Positions 14,184 through 26,175 of a DNA stretch of 64,000 bases are shown here, one piece after another (positions within the stretch are counted from its first letter, which is position 1; every line of letters begins with the position of its first letter). This stretch comes from Eledone cirrhosa (taxonomy: Eukaryota). The stretch lies in assembly GCA_964016885.1 (NCBI GenBank), contig OZ024748.1, positions 49,476,001 through 49,540,000 of the forward strand, written 5' to 3'. Below the pieces are notes generated by a model that was not told the DNA's origin, searched no databases, and saw only the letters and a list, made by a program, of their open reading frames with translations. The position numbers and the translations under genes were made by a program.

Positions 14184-15393
14184 TTAAAATCTCACTGTCT
14201 GTAAAGATAAGAGTGGTATAGCTTCAGTCAGTTTAACTGGTTCCTGATATAAATCTTGTAGTCGTAGAACATCAGCCATGCCAACTGGTACTAGATATAT
14301 TGGTTGGAGTGGTAGAGCTTCACCAAGATTTACTGATCCCAGATATATGACTTGGAGTGATATAACTTCAGTCAGTCTAACTGGTCCTAGATATATTCAG
14401 TTAGGTTATTGCTTGTAACTGGTCTCAGGTATACAGCTTGTAGTGGTATAGCTTCAGCAAGATTAACTGGTCCCAGATATATGACTTGGAGTGGTATAAC
14501 TTCAGTCAGACTAACTGGTATTAGATATATGGCTTGGTGTTGGATAGCTAACTGGTACTAGATATATTGGTTGTAGTGGTATACCTCCAGACAGACTAAC
14601 TGGTACTAGATATATTGGTTGTAGTGGTATACCTCCAGACAGACTAACTGGTACTAGATATATTGGTTGGAAGTGGTAGAGCTTCAGTCAGACTAACTGG
14701 TACTAGATATATGGCTTGGTGTTGGATAGCTTTAATCAATCTAACTGGTACTAGATATATTGATTGTAGTGGTATACCTCCAGGCAGACTAACTGGTACT
14801 AGATATATTGGTTGGAAGTGGTAGAGCTTCAGTCAGACTAACTGGTACTAGATATATGACTTGGTATGGGATAGCTTCAGTCAGACTAACTGGTACTAGA
14901 TATAAAGCTTGGCGTGGTATAGCTTCAGCCAGGCTGATTGGTCCTAGATATATTGGTTGGAGTGGTAGAGCTTCAGCAAGATTAACTGGTCCCAGATATA
15001 TGACTTGGAGTGGTATAACTTCAGTCAGTCTAACTGTTACTAAATATATTGGTTGGAGTGGTATAACTTCAGTCAGTCTAACTGTTACTAGATATATTGG
15101 TTGGAGTGGTATAACTTCAGTCAGACTAACTGTTACTAGATATATTGGTTGGAGTGGTATAGTTTCACCAAGATTAACTGGTACTAGATACAAAGCTAGA
15201 AGTAGTATACCTTCAGGCTGACTAACTGGTCCTAGATATATTGGTTGGAGTGGTACAGCTTCAGATAGATTTACTGGTCCTAGATATAAAGCTTGTAGTG
15301 GTATAGCCCCAGACTGGCCAACTGGTCCTAGATATAAAGATATAAAGCTAGGAGTAGTATAGCTTCAGGCTGACTCACTGGTCCTAGATATAT
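14184..15393. repeat. Diverged 48-bp minisatellite (~24 units), possibly coding on the - strand
   Basis: Unit tagatatattggttggagtggtatagcttcagtcagactaactggtac. The minus frame reads IYLVPVSLTEAIPLQP repeats. Confidence 0.9.
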
Positions 15394-15881
15394 TGTATAT
15401 ATATACTAAGTTTTCAATGGAATCTCCACAACTCATTGTGTTTTGGAACTAATCATTGCGATTCAAATGATATCGGGAAAGACCCGAATGCTGAAAATAT
15501 CGATGGACCTCCGTCGGTTTCGATGATGAGTGTTCCAGTTGCTCGAGCATTGAAACAGTCATCTTATAAAATTAACGTGTATGTGGTTAAACATTCCACA
15601 GACATGTGTACCTTTAACATAATTCCCAGGTTTAAAATGACCCAGACATGCCATGAATGAAGGGCCTTTTACCTAAAAAAAAAAATTAGTAAAATATTTT
15701 CTAGAAAATTTCCAGAATCCAATTACAATTCGTTCCTTCAAATTAACGATCTGCTGGTCGCAGTTCTGATATTGTTGTTTAATTCAGAGTAGATCATAAT
15801 TAAAGACACCCCAGTCGTGATCATCTCTCCTTTTTTAGAAATATCTAGAACTACAATATCCACTAACGGTAGGTACTCAGA

Positions 15882-16780
15882 TAACTGTGACATGATCACA
15901 GCTTAAAAAATTCACAGTGAGACTCTCGACTGACGTAACTGTGACATGATCACAGCTTTAAAAAATTCATAGCGAGACTTTCGACTGAAATAACTGTGAC
16001 ATGATCACAGCTTTAAAAAATTCATAGCGAGACTTTCGACTGAAATAACTGTGACATGATCACAGCTTAAAAAATTCACAGTGAGACTCTCGACTGACGT
16101 AACTGACATGATCACAGCTTTAAAAAATTCATAGCGAGACTTTCGACTGACGTAACTGTGACATGATCACAGCTTTAAAAAAATTCCTAGCGAGACTTTC
16201 GACTGACGTAACTGTGACATGATCACAGCTTAATAAAATTCATAGCGAGACTTTCGACTGACGTAACTGTGACATGATCACAGCTTTAAAAAATTCACAG
16301 CGAGACTTTCGACTGACGTAACTGTGGCATGATCACAGCTTAATAAAATTCATAGTGAGACTCTCGACTGAAATAACTGTGACATGATCACAGCTTTAAA
16401 AAAATTCATAGCGAGACTTTCGACTGACGTAACTGTGACATGATCACAGCTTAATAAAATTCATAGCGAGACTTTCGACTGACGTAACTGTGGCATGATC
16501 ACAGCTTAATAAAATTCATAGTGAGACTCTCGACTGAAATAACTGTGACATGATCACAGCTTTAAAAAAATTCATAGCGAGACTTTCGACTGACGTAACT
16601 GTGACATGATCACAGCTTAATAAAATTCATAGCGAGACTCTCGACTGAAATAACTGTGACATGATCAGAGCTTAAAAAAAATTCATAGCGAGACTCTCGA
16701 CTGAAATAACTGTGACATGATCACAGCTTTAACAAATTCACAGCGAGACTCTCGACTGAAATAACTGTGAAGCGAGACTT
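15882..16780. repeat. ~55-bp minisatellite (~16 units) with internal hairpins
   Basis: Unit aactgtgacatgatcacagctttaaaaaattcatagcgagactttcgactgacgt. Confidence 0.95.
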
Positions 16781-17294
16781 TCGTATGTATATTGTGCATA
16801 AACATATCGTTTGTGCTTTCATATACACCTCTGTGATTAACGGTAGGGTTTGCGACTTGAGGGAGATTTGGCTTCTATTTCTAGTAGGCTAAATGACATT
16901 GTGACGTCTCCGCTTCACTAACAGAAAGGCGAAAATAAGATTAACATCGTGCATATCTATAGACATCTAAGATACATTACTTCAATTTACACGAATTGTG
17001 TGGGCGATTGTGTGCTTGTGAGTGTGTGTGTTGGTGTGAATGTGAGTGTGTGTCTGGGTGTGAATATGTGTTTGTGAGTGTGCGCATGTGAGTGTGTGTG
17101 TTAGTGTGAATGTGTGTTTGTGAATGTGTGTATGTGAGTATGTGTTAATGTGAATATGTGCATGTGAATGTGTGTGTTAGTGTGTGAGCTTTTGTTTTTG
17201 GAAGGATTGAAGGGAGAAAAAGATAGAAACACTTAATAGAGTGGGGAAGAGGGGGAAGACGAGGAAAGTGGGAGGGAAAGGAGAGAGAGAGGGG

Positions 17295-17355
<61 letters not shown>

Positions 17356-17483
17356 TAGGAGGACGAGAGAGATGATGAGGAGGAAGGGGTGTGAATGAAG
17401 AGGAGGGGAGTGAGTGAAGAGGAGGAGAGAGAGGGCGAATAGGAAGAGAAAGAGACAGAAGGGGAAAAGAAAGAGGGTGAGAA

Positions 17484-17547
<64 letters not shown>

Positions 17548-17551
17548 CGAG

Positions 17552-17582
<31 letters not shown>

Positions 17583-17639
17583 AAGAGAACAAGAGATAGA
17601 TAGATAGATATATAGAGATAGATATAGATAGAGAGAAGG

Positions 17640-17684
<45 letters not shown>

Positions 17685-18399
17685 TATTTCTTTATTAGCC
17701 ACAAGGGCGCACAAGAAAATGGGACAATACAAAGACATGCCGAGGGTTTTACATGCAGTCGTGTAAAAAATATAAAAACAAACAATTAGATAGATAGATA
17801 GAGAGAGAGAGAGATAGTGTATTATGTTTAAGAATTGCTTGACTAACATTTAAGATTGTGTTTAACCGCCAGCCCCAAACACAGACTGTTTGTTGGCAAT
17901 GTCTGGTTGCATGATGAGTCTTGTACCATTGTCTTACCACAGAGAGAGATAGAGAGAGAGATAGATAGATAGAGAGAGAGAGTGATTGAGCGGGCGGGAG
18001 ATAGAGAGACAGAGTGAGAGAGAGAAGAGACCGTCTCATATTACATCTGCTGTTACTGCTTTGTTAATTGATGGGATGGTTCATATGTTTTAGTGACATG
18101 TTACATACCCAACAGCAATGTTTTTTTAGTTATTATGCCGTGGCACACTTGTGTGCCTGCCAACCAACTATGACTGAACGTGTGCCATACACTTTTAAGG
18201 CGAATCGGAAAAATACCAGAATATTTAGAAAACTTGAGTGGTTTATAACACAACACACCATTGCAACGCTGTTCGTTTGTAGTAAAATGCAATGTTATTT
18301 CACACTTTTTGTTTTATATCAAATTAGATGTTCGTTATAATATATATATATATTATGAAATACTGTTGGCTTCACGCTCACAATAATTTCTATACTTTC

Positions 18400-18481
<82 letters not shown>

Positions 18482-18490
18482 GTTCCAATA

Positions 18491-18548
18491 ACCATACACA
18501 TCCCGAGCTGAAGATCCGCGACGGTGAAACAATTGTTCTCGGTATGGT
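18491..18548 (+). ncRNA. Minimal type I hammerhead ribozyme
   Basis: ccgag-CUGAAGA-uccg(cga)cggu-GAAAC-AAUU-GUU-cucgg. Perfect 5-bp stem I plus accauac/guauggu extension. The cassette is flanked by (TA)n on both sides. Confidence 0.85.
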
Positions 18549-19051
18549 GAACTAACTGTTGTGTAACCACTTCTATATATATATATCTCTCTCTCTTTAT
18601 ATATATATATATATAAATGGAATAGAATGAAACGAAATTTCATTTCTCACTCTTAGTACGGCAGTTACTTAAATGTAAGTATGTATGTATGTATACGTAC
18701 ATACATATATGTATACAGACGTACAGTCGGTTTACAAACAAACAAACCGAGCATTATAATAAATGTTCGGTAAACCGATACGTGCATATATATATGTGTG
18801 CATGTATGTATATATATACATACTACTGTACGTCTGTATACATATATGTATGTACGTATACATACATACTTGTATATATATATGGAGGAAGTTATAGTTC
18901 ACTTGAAGCATTGTGTAATGAGGTATAAACGTTTGAATTTGTAAAGCCAAACAATGCAGGTATGGTTATAGAATAAAAATGCAAATGCAAAAGATATTGT
19001 TGACAATTAGTCTTTTACCTTAGATTTATTTAAATGTCCTTAATTTTCAAG

Positions 19052-19512
19052 AAATGGAATAGAATGAAACGAAATTTCATTTCTCACTCTTAGTACGGCA
19101 GTTACTTAAATGTAAGTATGTATGTATGTATACGTACATACATATATGTATACAGACGTACAGTAGTATGTATATATATACATACATGCACACATATATA
19201 TATGCACGTATAGGTTTACCGAATATTTACTACAATGCTCGGTTTGTTTGTTTGTAAACAAACAAACAGCCCGAATTACGCCGTACAGTGTTTAGGCAAC
19301 CACGTCACCCTTTTGTTCAACACTGACACAGAAACGATGTACTAGTTTCAAGCTTATTAGCTATCGTCAGCATCGTATACCTTCCTGCCAGATGGTTGAA
19401 CGTCTGAAAGTATATACTTTCCTTATGCATATTAACGGCCGAGCAGCCTAATTTGCATATCGAGTGAGTTTAGTCGGCCGAGCGCACCGATACGTTTCAT
19501 TCTATTCCATTT
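19052..19512. mobile_element. 461-bp TIR-bounded non-autonomous element carrying an HHR
   Basis: Perfect 20-bp TIRs AAATGGAATAGAATGAAACG / CGTTTCATTCTATTCCATTT. A rearranged copy at 18615-18870 and an inverted copy at 19520-19892. Confidence 0.8.
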
Positions 19513-19633
19513 ATCGTTTTCGGTGCTCCCGGCCGACTAAACTCACTCGATATGCAAATTAGGCTGCTCAGCCGTTAATATGCATAAGGAAAGTATATAC
19601 TTTCAGACGTTCAACCATCTGGCAGGAAGGTAT

Positions 19634-19676
19634 ACGATGCTGACGATAGCTAATAAGCTTGAAACTAGTACATCGT
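19634..19676 (+). ncRNA. Minimal type I hammerhead ribozyme (mirror copy at 19334-19376 on -)
   Basis: acgaug-CUGACGA-uagcu(aaua)agcuu-GAAAC-UA-GUA-caucgu. Canonical core, 6-bp stem I, palindromic ACUAGU stem III. Confidence 0.85.
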
Positions 19677-19889
19677 TTCTGTGTCAGTGTTGAACAAAAG
19701 GGTGACGTGGTTGCCTAAACACTGTACGGCGTAATTCGGGCTGTTTGTTTGTTTACAAACAAACAAAAAGCGCATTGTAGTAAGTATTCGGTAAACCGAT
19801 ACGTGCATATATATATGTGTGCATGTATGTATATATATACATACTACTGTACGTCTGTATACATATATGTATGTACGTATACATACATA

Positions 19890-19938
<49 letters not shown>

Positions 19939-20235
19939 CATCTTCTTAAGTTGAATTGTTCTGGGGGCTGCTATTTCTTGCGTTCTTTCGATTCCCACCA
20001 CTTCGCGTGTTTTCTTCTCCTCTCAACATGTGCTTTATTTTAGTTATCTGATGTAATTTTAGAAGCGTGGACCATACTGTTTTACACCTGTTGATAAGGC
20101 GTGAGTGTCACTTTTTATGGCGAAACATTCTCTTATTACAGTTCGTCCAGGTGTTTATAGTTATAAAAGATTTATTCTTTTAATTGATATGTATTTTCCA
20201 CTCCTTTCGTAGACTTTATGTTTTTCACTCGACTG

Positions 20236-20274
20236 GTTCTCAACGTTTCGGACAGAAATCCTTCATCGGGAAAG
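20236..20274 (-). ncRNA. Minimal HHR motif
   Basis: cuuuc-CCGAUGA-aggauuucugucc-GAAAC-GUU-gagaac. Confidence 0.6.
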
Positions 20275-20327
20275 TTCGAATAGGGAGAGAACAGGAACTC
20301 CAAGAGGGGGAGGGGGTTAAGGAGGGA

Positions 20328-20363
<36 letters not shown>

Positions 20364-20372
20364 GGTAGAACT

Positions 20373-20410
20373 CGAGTTGAAAATCCTCAGGGTGAACACA
20401 CGTGTCCTCG
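20373..20410 (+). ncRNA. HHR variant (U3:A8 core) in an ~85-bp cassette between (TA)n tracts
   Basis: cgag-UUGAAAA-uccu(ca)gggu-GAA(C)AC-ACGU-GUC-cucg, with one extra C in the core. Confidence 0.55.
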
Positions 20411-20439
20411 AAAATGTTTTGCTAATTGTTGTGGAACTA

Positions 20440-20526
<87 letters not shown>

Positions 20527-20843
20527 TTAAGTTAACGAGGTATCGTTTAAGGCAATCCAAGTAGAGGTTATGAGTACTCTGTATCGTGGATGGTTCTAAC
20601 GTTCGACGTTGTTTGACTCGACAAGATGTTTACCTAGTTGTGCTGTTCGGGTGGCTTAAAATTGCTTGTCACGACACTGTGCAGATAGCGGTTTTTTGAC
20701 ACACCGGACCAATGAAACATTTGTTAATACTTGGAACAAACCCTACTGCATAGCCGATCCGTGTTATTCTTCACTCCTTTATTATATATATTTTTCCAGT
20801 TCCACCCCGCCCGTCCCTTCAATCTATCTAATTTCTCATTCTT

Positions 20844-20879
20844 TCTTCTGATGAAGGACTAGCGTCCGAAATGTTAAGA
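20844..20879 (+). ncRNA. Minimal HHR motif in a pLTR-like fragment
   Basis: ucuu-CUGAUGA-aggac(uagc)gucc-GAAAU-GUU-aaga. Related half at 51350-51370 (-). Confidence 0.65.
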
Positions 20880-20965
20880 CTCACTTCCTGCTATATCAAG
20901 CGTTAACCTAATATATTCCTTCCAGATACTGTACCGACTGTGTTGTTATTTCTGTTTACTTTTTA

Positions 20966-21129
<164 letters not shown>

Positions 21130-21681
21130 AATATATATATTTATTTATTTATATATGCATATATATATATATATGCATGTATATATGCATCATACATACA
21201 CACACGTATACAAACATGCACACACACACACACACACACAGACATATATATATATATAGAGAGAGAGAACTGGAATTATGGGACATAGCTTCATCAGCTG
21301 TCGACGGTTCATAATGATTTCGACACGTCGACAGTAGCTCTCTCTCCAGCAAGCTCATGCTGTCTTCATGCTACTAAGGGATGCCATGTTTTTTTGGCGC
21401 ACATTCTAGCACACTTGCCTCACTTTGTTATCCATGTGGCCATACACTAAACCAATAGTTTGTCTAGTTAACCGACAGTATGTTTGTATATCCGTTTCAC
21501 TGGCGATTCACTAAGATATTTACCTATCTACCTACTAAAACTATCAACAGATCAAACTACTAAAACACTACCAATTCACCGTGGGTTCATGTACACTTAT
21601 CTTTGGCTACAGGTCTATTTGATACAAACGTATATACATACATATATATATATAATACAATATGTTGAAAGGGTAACACAC

Positions 21682-21751
<70 letters not shown>

Positions 21752-21839
21752 GTGTGCCATCAATAAAACAGGGAAAACGACCAGTGTATGGAATCTATAA
21801 CCTATGGAAGGCAGGGTAGACACACAATAATTAAAAATA

Positions 21840-22094
21840 CGCGTACAAATCCAAAGAGATCTGTTTCGCTAGGAATTTGTTGACTGAAATGGGATCGCCT
21901 ATGTTCATCACCGCGTGTAAGACAATACATTCCAGACAACTCTAAGAAAATCTAAGACAACAGTCCAGCAACACACGGCAGAGAGATGTGACAGCGTGTG
22001 TAGGACGCTGTCACACAGGTGTTCCCTAAACATGTATACACACCTTGATTATAATGCTGTTGAAGTGTGATTACATTTTTTTGGACACCCTGTA
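21840..22094 (+). mobile_element. Tc1/mariner 3' remnant
   Basis: Ends with a ttttttggacaccctgTA TIR followed by TA/(TA)n. Confidence 0.5.
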
Positions 22095-22100
22095 TGTATG

Positions 22101-22156
<56 letters not shown>

Positions 22157-22160
<4 letters not shown>

Positions 22161-22370
22161 AGAAAGTATGACCCCGACGGCAAAGCTCAAGCCGTTTCGA
22201 CGGCTATTTCTGGACTAAAGTCCAAACTTTAGTCCAGAAATACCCGTCGAAACGGCTTGAGCTCTGCCGTCGGGGTCATACTTTCTCCTATTACCCACTC
22301 TACTACCCTAAGTATTGAGTACTCTGGTGCGTTATGGTCCATCTGGTTCCTTACCACACCTTATTCGTTA
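22157..22370 (+). mobile_element. (TA)n-embedded fold-back pLTR element (hairpin 22157-22290 plus ~80-bp tail)
   Basis: ~64-bp inverted arms, then ttacccactctactaccctaagtattgagtac...cgtta(TA)n. Confidence 0.9.
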
Positions 22371-22710
22371 TATATATATAGAGAGAGAGAGTGCGAGAGA
22401 GGTGGGTGAGAGAGAAGTGAGGAGAGAGCGATAAGAGAGATGTAGATAGATAGATAGAGAGAGAGACAGAGAGAGGGAGAAATGGAGAGAGAGCTAGGGG
22501 GATAGATAGACACAAAGAGAGAAGGTCAGATCACCTTGTAGCTAAGGCAGCTAGCCAAAATGTTGACGGCTGTTATTTGCTTTGGCTGTGTATTATATCT
22601 ACAACGAAGTCACTTAACTAGTTAAATATATGTTTATTATAAGCATTTAACTTCTCGTGTTTAGTCGAGGATCGAATCGAGATAAACCTCTTTATTCCTA
22701 TCATCTATAT

Positions 22711-22809
22711 CAGGGGTTCTCAACCTTTATTTCGCTGTGGACCACCAAAATAAGTAATTTTTTCCTGTGGACCACTAGTAGTCCACATGGACGAGGTTGA
22801 GAACCCCTG
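22711..22809. mobile_element. hAT MITE
   Basis: Perfect TIR CAGGGGTTCTCAACCT and an 8-bp TSD atctatat/atctctat. Confidence 0.9.
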
Positions 22810-22884
22810 ATCTCTATTGTTGTACTATATTCTACAATATAGGGTGAATTAGCAGAATCGTTAGAGCATCGGATAGAATGCTTT

Positions 22885-24085
22885 GTGATATTCATTCCGG
22901 TTCTTTGTTATCTGAGTTCAGATCCCGCCGAGGTTAACTTTACATTTCATCTCCTTTCGAGGTCGGTAGAAAAAGTACCCGTCTAGTACTGGCGTCCATT
23001 CTTCCTCTGTATTATTTCGCGGTGGATTGGCAGTATCGGTAGAGGGTCGGACGCCATGCTTTCTAGCATAGTTATGTCCCCTTACATTCTGAGTTCAAAT
23101 CCCGCCGAGGTTAATTTTGCCTTTCATCCTTACGGGGTCGATAAAATAAAGTACCAGTAATGAACTGGATAATTGCTGGCCTTGTGCCTAACGTAGAAAC
23201 AATTATTTCTCATTTCCTCTCTCTCTCACTTTCTATCTTTCTCTTGCAGAAATCTGCTGCAGAAATCTACCTGGAGAAAGATGGACTCCGCCAGGCTTAA
23301 AATGCCTACGAAACGCCGTATGTCAATACGGTGTCCCTACGACTCTATCTGGTGTTACGGGACCATACATACATATTATTGTATCATATACTACAATATA
23401 GGGCGGCGGCGAATCAGCGGAGTCTTTAGAACATCGAGTAGAATGCTTTGCAGTATTCGTTCAGGCTCTTCTACACTCTGAGTTCCAATCCCGCCGAGGT
23501 TAACTTTACATTCCATCCCTTCGAAGTCGATAAAATAATGAAAGGTACCTCTCCAATGCTGGAGTAGTTTCTTCCCCTATATCTCTTTCTCGTTTTTCTC
23601 TTTATCAATCTCACTTTCTCCTTCCCTGGAAAAAAAATCGGGTGTTTTTAAACCTGGTGAAAAATTGGGCCCCGCCAGTTTTTAAGAAATGTCCAAGGAA
23701 CGCTGTATGATAGACACTACGGCGCCCCTACATCCCCATCAGGAGTTATGTGTTCATACATACCTACATCTTCTTCTTAATCCCGTAACTCCAGAGGGAG
23801 TTATTGGGGTGCCGTATTGACATACGGGGTTCTAGGGCATTTGTATACCTGGCGGATCCCATCTCCTCTCAGGGTCGAAATACAACAGATTTCTTCCAGA
23901 GAAGAATGGAGAGTGAGAAAGAGACATTGAAGAAGAATCCACCCCAGTGCTTAGCTGGTACTTTTTTTTATCGTCCTCGAATGGATGAAAGGCAAAGTTG
24001 ACCTCGATGGGATTTGAACTCAGAGAGAAGGGAGCTGAAACGAATACCGCAAAGCGTTCGCTCCGACGTTCTAAGGACTCTGTCA
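22885..24085. mobile_element. Nested cluster of four SINE A copies
   Basis: An older long-tail copy (22840-23370) is interrupted by a younger short-tail copy (23020-23205). Further copies at 23400-23765 (+) and 23770-24085 (-). Confidence 0.8.
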
Positions 24086-24839
24086 CCCCCTTACATACAC
24101 ACTACAATCTTGAGATGTTTCATTTTAATAAATTGAAAGTAAATGAATGTGAAAATAAATTAAAATGAAGGGCAGCTGCTTTTTCGTTATAAATCTCCTT
24201 TAGAATATTTTTATCGATAAATTTGTAAAATAATCAATATATTTGTGAAGTTTTTATCTGAATGATTTATTTGCGAGCGTTTGTTGTTGTAGATACCCAC
24301 TAGATGTCCCACAACAGAATGTTTGAAGTCATTTGCCTCCCACCAATAAATTAGCTCAATAAAGCGAGGAAGCTGGTTATATTCCAAGGAAAGAGTCTTG
24401 TATGCTTCATTCAATTTTTATTTTATTTTTGTTGTAATTTTTTTCTCCAGTTTAATTCACTTTCATTTTATTGTCTGTCGTTTTATCTACCTAAATCGAA
24501 GCATGTTTCAATTATGGACGACGGCCACGACAACGATGATGATGATGACGATACTGTGCTGCTGCTGCTGATGATGACACATGATTACTTTTACAGTATT
24601 TGTTCCGGCTACTTACATACTGAGTTCAAACATCGCCATGGTCAACTTAGCCCTTCATATTCCAATTCCAGGGCTTTATAAAATATAGTACCAATATAGT
24701 ACCAATACTGGGATCAATATAATCGACTTTCCCCTGCCACCCCCAATTGCTGGTCTTGTGCCTAAATCAGAAACCGTTACTTAAAAATAAAATTTCTTTG
24801 GGTTACAATTAACGAAAACCAACAGTGATATATATATAA

Positions 24840-24887
<48 letters not shown>

Positions 24888-24892
<5 letters not shown>

Positions 24893-25265
24893 AAGAGTGA
24901 AGAATAACATGGTCAACAGTACAAGAAGGGTTTTATTTACAGTATTAACACTTGTTTCATTGGTTAAGTTGTCTAAAAATTGCTAATCACTTGAAGTTGT
25001 GTCACTCAATTTTAAATACAATGAATGCTTAACCAAATCATAAGAAAAACTGTAAATAAAACCCTTCTTGTACTGTTGACCATGTTATTCTTCACTCTTT
25101 CACTATTATTACTCCAAGATTAACTTACATAGGAACTCCCGAGAACTCACAAACTCGCTACCTAAGGAAACCTCTTGTTGAGTCAAACAAGGCCGTACGC
25201 TAAAACTATCCACAATACGGAGTATTCACAACCTCTAACTGGATTACCTATAACGATAATTTGTT
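24888..25265. mobile_element. Fold-back pLTR-like element with a degenerate HHR inside a ~55-bp perfect inverted repeat
   Basis: Arms 24888-24942 and 25050-25104. Minus strand CUUAUGA-uuugguuaag...cuuaaccaau-GAAAC-AAGU-GUU. Tail 25165-25265 is homologous to 20528-20640 (-). Confidence 0.7.
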
Positions 25266-25280
25266 ATCACACACACACAC

Positions 25281-25364
<84 letters not shown>

Positions 25365-25555
25365 TTAGGTTTGTTGGTTCACCACTGGATAGAACTGGTC
25401 ATTCCGTATGGTCAACCTCGATGTAATAATATGGACAGCACTCAACGTAATGCAACTCACCCGTCTTCGTTTGTGTAGTTGGTGGTGCGAGTACGGAGTT
25501 AATTATTATAAATTAACAGGAAACTGGACTGGTTTAAATCCTTGAAAGGATTATT

Positions 25556-25613
25556 ATACTATAATCATTTCAATGACCGGGTTCAGTATGAATCCGGTGA
25601 TATCATCAGGTAT
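25556..25613 (-). ncRNA. Type I HHR motif
   Basis: auac-CUGAUGA-uauc-accggauuca(uac)ugaacccggu-cauu-GAAAU-GAUU-AUA-guau. Confidence 0.65.
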
Positions 25614-25660
25614 TCAAAATATAACAAAATCCATGGGGCTGAAAATCATAGACATGAGGG

Positions 25661-25746
25661 CGACCGAATATTTAGCAGCTTCTACCTCGGTCGGCCGCCC
25701 TCAAGTGGGCGGCCGACCGAGGTAGAAGCTGCTAAATATTCGGTCG
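25661..25746. repeat. Perfect 40-bp-arm palindrome with a 6-nt loop
   Basis: cgaccgaatatttagcagcttctacctcggtcggccgccc-tcaagt-reverse complement. Confidence 0.95.
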
Positions 25747-25992
25747 TAAAAAAACCCAACAAACAAACAAAAAACAAGCAAACTATAAATTGCGAGTTTC
25801 CTCGTTCGAAATAACACTCCCGCACTTTCCCACCCTTCTCCGTCACGCCTCCATGCACTCCTGGGAGGATTCTCCGTAGCTCCATCATCGCGGCTCTCTC
25901 GATGGCTTCCACCTCCAGAAAACGGGTTGTATCCGAAGACCCATGACTCATTACCGATGTAATAAATGTAATCTGAGTTTTTCGAATATTAA

Positions 25993-26175
25993 TAATTGTT
26001 TCTACTTTAGGCACAAGGCCAGCAATTACCCAGTGCATTACTGGTACTTTATTTTATCGACCCCGTAAGGATGAAAGGCAAAGTTAACCTCGGTGGGATT
26101 TGAACTCAGATCGTAAAGGGACGTAACTATGCTGGAAAGCATGGCGTCCGACCCTCTACCGATACTGCCAATCCT
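25993..26175 (-). mobile_element. SINE A copy (second, fold-back copy at 26604-26770)
   Basis: Full consensus match. Both copies are followed by the same flank taataatattcgattcgtttgcaattat, indicating a local duplication. Confidence 0.85.

Noticed and set aside
24211-24414. Protein-like 67-aa ORF on -
   Set aside because: No recognisable motif or splice signals, and the length is compatible with chance.
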